From IMG/VR virus record IMGVR_UViG_3300044713_000232, positions 11,632 through 75,631 of that record: DNA of 64,000 bases. One strand, written 5' to 3'. The notes beneath the pieces are model-generated. The model was not told the origin of the DNA. It searched no databases and saw nothing but the letters and a program-made list of their open reading frames with translations. The translations under genes and the position numbers were made by a program. Each line of letters begins with the position of its first letter. Within the stretch, counting starts at the first letter, position 1. Source of the stretch: a virus. Below, one piece after another: positions 56,827 to 64,000 of the stretch.

Positions 56827-56876
56827 GAGCAGACCTTCCTTCTAGATGAGCAGCGTAGCACTTTACGCGCCTACGG

Positions 56877-59072
56877 CTAGCGCTTGCGCCCCTTTCTATA
56901 GTCGGGGTACCGCGGTTTCATGCGCTTCCAGGCCGGCTTCTTAGGCGCTGAAGCCTGCCGGAGCCACAGAGCAGCGACGATAGCGCCGGCCGCCGCCAGC
57001 GGCGCCACAGCCGCCGGAGGCGCAACGGGCTTCTGCGGCTGAGTCTTCGGCGTCGGGGGTGTCGCAGGTGCCTGAGGCGTGGCGGCTGCCCCCGACGCTT
57101 TCGCCTGAGGTTTCTCGGGTGCCTTTGCCGGCACCCGCACCTCGATGACAGACGGCGACTTGTCCGCTGCCAGCTTGAAGCCGAGTACAGTGCCGAGCAC
57201 CACGCGCGTACCGTCGTTGACGATACGCTTCGCCATCGCCGTGTAGACGTAGACGACGCCATCGGGGGCCGCGACGATGACATGCGCGGTCTCCGTCGCC
57301 ACGACGCCCGGCGCAACGGCGACGACGGCCGCCATCGGCTCTGGGATGTTGATGTCCATCCCGACCATCATCGGGACTGTCGGTGCCTGCGGTGGCGGCG
57401 GCGCGGGCGGTATCAGATAGAAGACAGGCGGCGTTGGTGCCGGCGGTGTCGGTAACGACTCGCGCCACAGGGGAGCGTACACAGCGCTGGCAGTCGCTTC
57501 CGTAGGCGGCGCCGCAAGCGCACCGTTTTCGTCGATAGCCAACGCCCCGAAGTAGTCCTCATCGGAATACGCCGCCGTCTGCGACGTCGCGTCTGTCGAC
57601 GCCGTCGCTGCGGCGCTGGCGCCGCTCTCGTCGAGAGGCAGGCTGCCCGCAAAGCCTTCGTCTGCGGTATACACCGTCGACGTCACTGTATCGACGAGCG
57701 TCGGCGTCGATGTCGACGCCCCTTGCTCGTCGATGGGGAGGCTGCCGGCAAAGTCTTCCGATGCCGTTGGCGCCGCGGTGTAGAGTATCGCGACGTCTAT
57801 CGTCGCTGGCGCCGCGCCTGTCTCCTCCGTCGGGTGAGCGCCCCCGAAGTCCTCTAGAGGCGCTACGCCGACGGTAATCGCGTCGAATGGCGCCGTAGTT
57901 ACACCGGCGCCTGTCTCCTCTTGCGGTAGTGCCCCGCCGAAGTCTTCACCGAGGACGACGACAGGCTGCGCCAGCTCGAAGACGAGCACCGGGTACGCCC
58001 CCGGCTCCTCGACGGGGTGCGCTCCACCGAACTCCTCGAAGACGGACGGCGTCGGCAAGATGACAACATCGACGAACAGCGACGGTGCCCCGGCTTCCTC
58101 TTGCGGCAAGCTCCCCGCGAAGTCTTCGCCTACGATGGCAATGGCACTTGCATCTAGTGACGCTGCCGCCGTCGTTGTCGCGCCGTCTTCGGCAGGATGT
58201 GCCCCGCCGAATTCCTCCGTAGTGGCTACCGGCGTCGCGAATGTGATGTCTACAACCGTCGTCGACAGCGCAGACGCCTCGTCGACGGGGAGGCTACCGG
58301 CGAAGTCCTCGCCAACGCTGGCGGCAGACGCGATATCAAGCGGTGGCGCCGTTGTCGCAAGCGCCGAATCTTCTGCTGGGTGAGCCCCGCCGAAGTCCTC
58401 GCCCGGCGCCACGTCGTACAGCATCACAAGCGGTGGTTCGGGGAACAGCATCCACGGAGCGGCTCCGTCTTCGTCGAGCTGGAACCTGCCGGCGAAGTCT
58501 TCCGACTGGCTCCACGTGATAAGCGGCGCCGACTCGACGACGAGAGGCTTCGCGGGGTCTTCTTCTAGGCCTGTAGCTGTTGCCGCTTGCGGCGCAATGT
58601 CTTCGCCGCCTACGCCAGCCGCAGGCATCGGCGGCATGTCGCTGAAGACAGTGCCGACGCCGTTCTCTTCGAGGGGAAGACTGCCAGCGAAGTCTTCCGG
58701 CGAGGCGCCTTGAGGGCACCACACGATGTCGATGAGAAGAGGCTTCGCGGCATCTTCTTCGAGCGGCAGCGAGCCTGCGAAGTCTTCGCTCTGAAGCGCC
58801 GACGATGTCGACTGCTCGGCGGCAGCTACAACACCAGCACCGGCACCGGATTCCTCCTGCGGCAGACTTCCAGCGAAGTCTTCGCCGCTAGACGCTAGCG
58901 GCGCCGGCTGATCTGCGACGATGGTAGCGCCAACAGCCGTTTCCTCTTGCGGGAGGCTGCCCGGGAAGTCCTCAGCGTACGCCGACGGTGATAGGTATGT
59001 GTCTTGTACGACGACGGCGGCTTGTGCCGTATCTTCGACAAGCGGCCTTGCGCCTAGAAGAGGGAGGCGCAC
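56877..59072 (-). CDS. Acidic tandem-repeat protein with C-terminal TM and basic tail
   Basis: About 16 units of about 31 aa with core EDFAGSLPxEE or E(D/E)FGGAHPxE. Confidence 0.8.
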   Translation of the reverse strand: MRLPLLGARPLVEDTAQAAVVVQDTYLSPSAYAEDFPGSLPQEETAVGATIVADQPAPLASSGEDFAGSLPQEESGAGAGVVAAAEQSTSSALQSEDFAGSLPLEEDAAKPLLIDIVWCPQGASPEDFAGSLPLEENGVGTVFSDMPPMPAAGVGGEDIAPQAATATGLEEDPAKPLVVESAPLITWSQSEDFAGRFQLDEDGAAPWMLFPEPPLVMLYDVAPGEDFGGAHPAEDSALATTAPPLDIASAASVGEDFAGSLPVDEASALSTTVVDITFATPVATTEEFGGAHPAEDGATTTAAASLDASAIAIVGEDFAGSLPQEEAGAPSLFVDVVILPTPSVFEEFGGAHPVEEPGAYPVLVFELAQPVVVLGEDFGGALPQEETGAGVTTAPFDAITVGVAPLEDFGGAHPTEETGAAPATIDVAILYTAAPTASEDFAGSLPIDEQGASTSTPTLVDTVTSTVYTADEGFAGSLPLDESGASAAATASTDATSQTAAYSDEDYFGALAIDENGALAAPPTEATASAVYAPLWRESLPTPPAPTPPVFYLIPPAPPPPQAPTVPMMVGMDINIPEPMAAVVAVAPGVVATETAHVIVAAPDGVVYVYTAMAKRIVNDGTRVVLGTVLGFKLAADKSPSVIEVRVPAKAPEKPQAKASGAAATPQAPATPPTPKTQPQKPVAPPAAVAPLAAAGAIVAALWLRQASAPKKPAWKRMKPRYPDYRKGRKR

Positions 59073-59082
59073 GGCGCCTCAC

Positions 59083-59736
59083 TTACTCGAGATCGAGCTC
59101 GACTTCGTGCCAGGCGACGCCCATGATGAACAGCGGCGTAGTACCGGCTACGGTGATGAGCGATAACCCCAACACATCTCCGGGGGGAACGATCAGACGC
59201 CCACGCACATCGGCGCTATACGCGCCCCCCAGGCCCGGGGCGACCCCGGTGGTCTGCCCCTGGAACCCAGGGAGTATGCCCCACTGAATCATTCCAGACG
59301 GTGTGGGGAGTGTATAGTTGACGGCGAGGGCGGCCTTACTAACCAACCCGCTAGCACTACAGTTACCGACCGTTGCTGTTGCCGCTGCTGCCGGTATCGT
59401 AGAGGTGATGGGCGATACTATCCCCACCAACGTACCGCCGATACCGGCGGTGCCCGACAGGAAAAACGCCGTTATGGAATCGATAACGTAGGATCGATTC
59501 TTGTCTGCGTTGAATAGAGCCCACGCGGCAGCGGTGGTAGGTACTGCCTGCACCGACTGGATACCTACTGTCCCGAAGATGCCGTTGAAGCGCCTACCGG
59601 CGCGAGTCATCTCGGTGAACTCGTCCTCGACCTGCGCGACGGCGAGACTGAGGAGTCCGGTGAGGCGCGCGCCTGTCACCGCCTCGGTGAGCGTCTTCAG
59701 CGCTGGGAACCGTCGGATGATGGCTTCGGCGATCAT
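59083..59736 (-). CDS. Putative structural beta-sandwich protein
   Basis: ALFN...YVIDSI...LIVPPG...VAWHE pattern. Confidence 0.55.
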   Translation of the reverse strand: MIAEAIIRRFPALKTLTEAVTGARLTGLLSLAVAQVEDEFTEMTRAGRRFNGIFGTVGIQSVQAVPTTAAAWALFNADKNRSYVIDSITAFFLSGTAGIGGTLVGIVSPITSTIPAAAATATVGNCSASGLVSKAALAVNYTLPTPSGMIQWGILPGFQGQTTGVAPGLGGAYSADVRGRLIVPPGDVLGLSLITVAGTTPLFIMGVAWHEVELDLE

Positions 59737-59739
59737 GTA

Positions 59740-60105
59740 CTAGATCCTTCCATCGCGCCCGGTACGTGCGAAAAAGAGCACTGGCGCGCGTTCTGCGTGA
59801 CGTCGCCCGAGCGTCAACTGCGACGCGAGCTCGGTGGCTCGAAGGTACTGCGCCTCCATGAAGCGCCGCTCGACGAACGTCTCCACCGGTAGCGGCCTGC
59901 CTCCGTCGCTCGAGATGTCGCCTCGGTCGGTATCGTAGTCACCGACGACGAGCTTGGTGCGCTCAATCTTGTAACCGGCGTTCGTCGCGCCTAGCTGCGG
60001 CACCAGCGGCGAAAGCCTCGGCTGCGCTGTCATGTCCTCGTCGCTGACGAGGTCTCCGGCGGACCCCGTCTGTACGACCGTGCCGTCTGTGACAGGTGCC
60101 GGCAT
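59740..60105 (-). CDS. Putative structural protein
   Basis: RTKLVVGD...D.S...PLPV resembles N-termini of fibre-associated proteins. Confidence 0.5.
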   Translation of the reverse strand: MPAPVTDGTVVQTGSAGDLVSDEDMTAQPRLSPLVPQLGATNAGYKIERTKLVVGDYDTDRGDISSDGGRPLPVETFVERRFMEAQYLRATELASQLTLGRRHAERAPVLFFARTGRDGRI

Positions 60106-60587
60106 TATTCAGCCGCGCCTACCGAGGCCTCGAAGATGAGTGACGTCGCGCCGCTGATGTTGAACAGATCGAGAGATTGCGTCGCCGCCGCCTGAAGGCT
60201 GTACGCCTGATCGAGGTTGGGGGCAATCCAGTTGTCGGGGCTCGTGGTCCCCATGCCGAGGCTCATCATCAACGTGGGCCCGCCGGTGCCGCTCGTGACG
60301 GTCGCCGCGCTGAAGCCAGCGGTGTGCTTCGCCGCCTGGTACCCCGGGTCGCACGGGGAAGGCGTAATGGCAGTACCGCCTGACGATGCTGTCGTCGTCC
60401 ACTTCTCGAGCCGGATGCTGATGCCGCTGATGCTAGTCAACTGTACCCCGCGCCCTTGGAGGTAGATGGCGTTCAGCCACACCGTTCTCGAGGCGCCCGG
60501 CGCGATGAAGAAGCAATCGTTGGCAGTATTGGCGCTCGCATTCGTCGTCTGCGTCGCGCCGGGGACGTCCATGTAGAAGAGCGGCAT
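60105..60587 (-). CDS. Putative structural beta-sandwich protein
   Basis: T/A/S-rich with alternating hydrophobic strands. Confidence 0.55.
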   Translation of the reverse strand: MPLFYMDVPGATQTTNASANTANDCFFIAPGASRTVWLNAIYLQGRGVQLTSISGISIRLEKWTTTASSGGTAITPSPCDPGYQAAKHTAGFSAATVTSGTGGPTLMMSLGMGTTSPDNWIAPNLDQAYSLQAAATQSLDLFNISGATSLIFEASVGAAE

Positions 60588-60588
60588 C

Positions 60589-60852
60589 TTAGGCTCCTGC
60601 CCTTGCAGCGTACTTGGCTGCGTTGGATGGCGCCGCGACCCACGCCTTCGCGTCGTCGGAGAACGCCCAGTTCGTATGCTTTTCGCAGAGATTGAGATTC
60701 GGCAGCGACTTGCGCGCTAGCGGCTCGTCGACGCCAGGCGCCGTGCGCTTGACGGCGACGTCTTTCTCAGTGCCGTCGGTGAGCATCGTTGCGAGGTGCC
60801 CGCACCCCGGAACATCGCAGAGAGGCTGGTCGCCTTTAGGAGCCTTCGCCAT
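60589..60852 (-). CDS. Small zinc-binding protein
   Basis: CDVPGC...LCEKH. Confidence 0.6.
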   Translation of the reverse strand: MAKAPKGDQPLCDVPGCGHLATMLTDGTEKDVAVKRTAPGVDEPLARKSLPNLNLCEKHTNWAFSDDAKAWVAAPSNAAKYAARAGA

Positions 60853-61211
60853 TACAGATCCTTCCTTACGTGACGTGTCCAGTCGCGCGCCAGGGCGCGA
60901 AATGCGGGGTTCTCGTCGATTGCCAACGCCAGCTCCGACAGCGTCATGAGGCGCCCAGCGTTCTCCCGCTGCGCCTCCTCGACACGCGCCCAGAAGACGG
61001 AGTCGGGCTCCTTGTAGACGTGCGCGATGTCGCCGTGCTTCTCGGCGCAGCTCTCACACAAGACGAAGGCGAACGTCATCATCTCTTCCGGCACAAGGCC
61101 CCAGTGCTTGCCGCAGTTGGCGCAGTAGACCGGGATCTTGGTACCGGTTGAGGTACGCACCGCGCCCCGGCGTTCCCGAGCGCGGCAATCGGGCAGGAAG
61201 TCATCCGACAT
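60852..61211 (-). CDS. Zinc-finger hypothetical protein
   Basis: CANCG...LCESC. Confidence 0.65.
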   Translation of the reverse strand: MSDDFLPDCRARERRGAVRTSTGTKIPVYCANCGKHWGLVPEEMMTFAFVLCESCAEKHGDIAHVYKEPDSVFWARVEEAQRENAGRLMTLSELALAIDENPAFRALARDWTRHVRKDL

Positions 61212-61332
61212 GCGAAGAGAAGCTTACCTGAAGGTGCCTTCCGCGGCTAGTGGCATAGTGCTAGAGCTGTAAGCGCCATGCCAGCGCCTAGCCCGAGGAA
61301 GAAGAACGTCAACCGCTCGCGCCAAAGATCCA

Positions 61333-63030
61333 TTACGCCGCGACGGCTTCGAGCTCGGTGGACCACGTGTTGTTGTTGCCCGGCGCCGCCGACTGGTTGA
61401 CGGTGACGTTCAACACCCCGCCGCCCGCCGATACCCCAGCGCTGACACCCGATAGTGTGGCTGACCCGTAGCCGTTAGCGCCTGCGAGGTTGCTCGAGAA
61501 GGCTGTCACGACTCCCGCGGGGTTGATGGCTCCGACGTCGATGGTGATCCACCGTGTATCGCCGATGGCTCCGCCAGCCGGCGCACTGGTGGCGCGGCAC
61601 TGCACGTTGACTGTCGCCGAGACGCTCATCCCCTGAGGCGCGGGAATGACTGCGACGGTTCCGGTCTGCCCCGCATTGGTGGTGTTGACAGTGCCGCGAA
61701 GCTTCATCCTGATGAACTTCGGTAGGGCATTCAATGTGAAGGCCGGGATGCCGTCGCACCTATCGAAGAGTAGCTCCGTACATCCCGTCTCGATGGTGAC
61801 GGTATTGGCGTTGACGCCGGTGAAGCCGGTGCAGCGGATGAAGCTCGCGTTGGCGACACCCGTTAGGTGAGCGGCGACGAAGGCGAAGTTCGCCCATACG
61901 CAATCCTCGAAGGTCCAGTTAGTGATGTTCCCCGTCGACTTCGTGACATCCAGGCCAGGACCGGCGTTGGAGCCGAAGACGCACCCGCGCGCAACGATAC
62001 TCGTAACATCATGGGCGACGATCGGGTTACCGGCGTTGTTGCCCTGAAGCCATACACAGTTGTCGAACAGTACGTAGTTGGTGGTTAGCCCCGCCCCGGT
62101 ATTGGTATCGATCCACACGCTGATGCCGCAGTTCAGACCGAATTGGCAGGAGATAAACACGATACCGGCCACCTGCTTGGCGGGCGCTTCGCCCTGTATG
62201 TGCACGACCGTACCTGACGCCGCGCTTTTATCCAGCGCTACACCTTCATATGTATTCGTGGAGAAGTAGCACTCGATAAAGGTACCTGTAGCGGTACCCT
62301 CCAAGTCGAAGAACTGCTCGCCGTTACTTACCCAGCACCCGGAGACGATGACATTCTTAGCCCAGAGCGCGACGCACGCACCGAGGCTCATAACGCCTTG
62401 CATGACCCCCTGAAGAGAGGGCGTGGCGTTCAAACCGTAGAACCCGACATCCTCGAGCTCGATGCTGATGTCTGTCGACGTCGACAGTACCTTGTCGATG
62501 TCGACCGTCAGCTGCGTCGTGTTGTTCGACGCGAAGTTGATGTTCTGCATCCTGAGAACACCGCCGAGGATACCGCCGACTGTCATCAGTACCTGAATGC
62601 TCCCCGCACCCGCGAAGTCGGGGAAGATGGTCGCACCGTTACCGTCGATGCCGAAGAACGCGATGTTGTTCGGTGCGCCCATCGTGAAGACCTGCCCGAG
62701 GCGCCACGAGTACTGCCCGGGGTCGAGGTACAACCAGCCCCCAGCGCCCTTCCCGTTCCCTACACCAGTCAACGCTACGAGAATTGCGTAGGCTCGCGAG
62801 AAAGCTGGCGCGATGTTTAGCCGTCCCGCAGCGTCCACACCGTCGGCAGTCTGATATTGCTCGTTGACGCTGATACGTGTGGACTTCGGGTGCCAGATAG
62901 TACCCGTCCAGCGCAAAAGGTCACCGGGGATGATGCCAGCCGGTAGCGTGCCGCCGGGGCCGCCTTGACCCCCTGATGGTTGGGGGTACACGTGTTGTGT
63001 CCTTTCGGAGATGAGGGCTCGACGAGTCAT
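61333..63030 (-). CDS. Right-handed beta-helix (pectin-lyase-like) spike protein
   Basis: GGWLYLDPGQY, IDGNGATI and repeated FxxCxF strands. Confidence 0.75.
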   Translation of the reverse strand: MTRRALISERTQHVYPQPSGGQGGPGGTLPAGIIPGDLLRWTGTIWHPKSTRISVNEQYQTADGVDAAGRLNIAPAFSRAYAILVALTGVGNGKGAGGWLYLDPGQYSWRLGQVFTMGAPNNIAFFGIDGNGATIFPDFAGAGSIQVLMTVGGILGGVLRMQNINFASNNTTQLTVDIDKVLSTSTDISIELEDVGFYGLNATPSLQGVMQGVMSLGACVALWAKNVIVSGCWVSNGEQFFDLEGTATGTFIECYFSTNTYEGVALDKSAASGTVVHIQGEAPAKQVAGIVFISCQFGLNCGISVWIDTNTGAGLTTNYVLFDNCVWLQGNNAGNPIVAHDVTSIVARGCVFGSNAGPGLDVTKSTGNITNWTFEDCVWANFAFVAAHLTGVANASFIRCTGFTGVNANTVTIETGCTELLFDRCDGIPAFTLNALPKFIRMKLRGTVNTTNAGQTGTVAVIPAPQGMSVSATVNVQCRATSAPAGGAIGDTRWITIDVGAINPAGVVTAFSSNLAGANGYGSATLSGVSAGVSAGGGVLNVTVNQSAAPGNNNTWSTELEAVAA

Positions 63031-63079
63031 GTCGATAGCTTAGCGCACAGGCGCGTAAGCGGCTACGCGGTGATTATTC

Positions 63080-64000
63080 CTACGCGAGCACCACTACGTG
63101 CGAGTTGCTCTTCAAGTTGTGTGCGTCACCCCCGAAGCCGCCGCCGGCAATCGTAGTGCCGATCTTGGCCCACGTCTGCGCGATCGTGGCGGTGTAGACC
63201 TCTGTCGCATCGTTGAAGCCGTGCGCGGAGCCGGCAGCCAGCGTGAAGTCACCCGAAGTACCGGTCACAGTCGGGATGCTGCCCGTCGTATATGCCAGCG
63301 TCGAATCAGACGCGATGTGCACTCCGAAACCGGTGTTGCCGGAACCGTAGAGGAATGCCCCTGGGCCCCCCGAGGCTGCGACGACCTGAAGGTACCCGCG
63401 CGAGAACGTGTTGTTCGGAGAGCCGACGACTAGGGCATCCCCTGCGGAGTCGAAGAAGCCGGCGGCGCCCACCGAGAGTGTGCCGTTGACGTTAATGGAG
63501 CATCCCTGTGCCAATAGATCGAAGTCGACGTAGACCTGACTGTTGAACACGGCGCTGGTGATGTTCAGCCACAACCCTGAGTAGAACGTTACACCCCCGC
63601 CGAATCCGCCTAGCTGGCCCGGGGCCACGTCACCGCTCGTGAGACAGCAGTTGACGAAGACGGCATCAAAGAAGCTTGTTGCAACTAACGGATCGATGAG
63701 GCACGACGTCGCTACCATAGCGAAGCCTGTAGCTGCCAAGTCGGCGGCGCCCGGGTCCACGATGTGCAGATCGTTGAGGAACAGCGTCGGGAAGATGGCG
63801 GTACTCGCGCCCGTTTGTGCCCTAACGTCGATGTTTCCGATGGCGACTTGTGTCAGGCTCTCGATGACATAGGCATCGCCGTTGGTAGGGGTCGCTTCGG
63901 TGGGCGGATTCGTCGGGACTACGAGCTGCGAGACGCGCGCGACGCCGGCGCTGATGTTCTTCGCGACCCACATCTCGTCGCCAGCGCGTGCGCCCGCGGT
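63080..64000 (-). CDS. Spike/fibre protein, paralog of 53174-54580 (partial, open at window end)
   Basis: Frame is open to 64000. TAGARAG..WVAKNISAGVARV, GDAYVIESL and IAGGGFGG match TTGVAAG...IKAVSAGHARI, GDHYQVQTL and VATGGFEG. Confidence 0.7.
   Translation of the reverse strand, partial: TAGARAGDEMWVAKNISAGVARVSQLVVPTNPPTEATPTNGDAYVIESLTQVAIGNIDVRAQTGASTAIFPTLFLNDLHIVDPGAADLAATGFAMVATSCLIDPLVATSFFDAVFVNCCLTSGDVAPGQLGGFGGGVTFYSGLWLNITSAVFNSQVYVDFDLLAQGCSINVNGTLSVGAAGFFDSAGDALVVGSPNNTFSRGYLQVVAASGGPGAFLYGSGNTGFGVHIASDSTLAYTTGSIPTVTGTSGDFTLAAGSAHGFNDATEVYTATIAQTWAKIGTTIAGGGFGGDAHNLKSNSHVVVLA

Noticed and set aside
57522-58973. Periodic conserved cores with variable spacers resembling a CRISPR array
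   Set aside because: Conservation is at protein level with synonymous variation, the ~93-nt period stays in frame within one ORF, and there are no cas genes.
1-64000. tRNA/rRNA genes, reverse transcriptase or DGR, stop-codon reassignment
   Set aside because: None recognised by eye, and conserved genes are intact under the standard code. A tRNAscan run would be needed to exclude tRNAs fully.

Overview
The window is a GC-rich, densely coded piece of a bacterial virus genome (or provirus), mostly on the minus strand, with no host housekeeping context. Recognisable modules: (1) replication and recombination: partial Dda/RecD-like helicase, tyrosine recombinase, family A DNA polymerase fused to a uracil-DNA glycosylase domain, AAA_24/Sak4-like ATPase, SSB-like protein, PD-(D/E)XK nuclease and VapE-type helicase; (2) nucleotide metabolism and modification: thyX, dcd, dATP/dGTP diphosphohydrolase, nucleoside deoxyribosyltransferase-like protein, Dam-type MTase; (3) lysis and muralytic genes; (4) homing endonucleases; (5) two long putative virion blocks (about 10.7-26.4 kb and 52.8-64 kb). 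I see no terminase, portal, HK97 capsid, tape measure or sheath. The virion blocks instead encode many single-TM proteins, a TM-anchored lytic transglycosylase, an Arg/Lys-rich DNA-condensing-like protein, a 431-aa candidate capsid protein, beta-helix spikes and a transglutaminase-like Cys-His-Asp enzyme. This suggests an unusually large tailless, membrane-containing virus, probably of a myxobacterial host (inference; no packaging ATPase was seen). The most interesting signal is a G-hydrophobic-G-(Q/A) motif recurring in at least 8 putative virion proteins next to the Cys-His-Asp enzyme, a candidate adenovirus/poxvirus-like maturation system. A TANNCT-like -10 box also sits 5-9 nt before about 13 start codons, implying leaderless transcription. 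All calls come from motifs read by eye; no searches were run.
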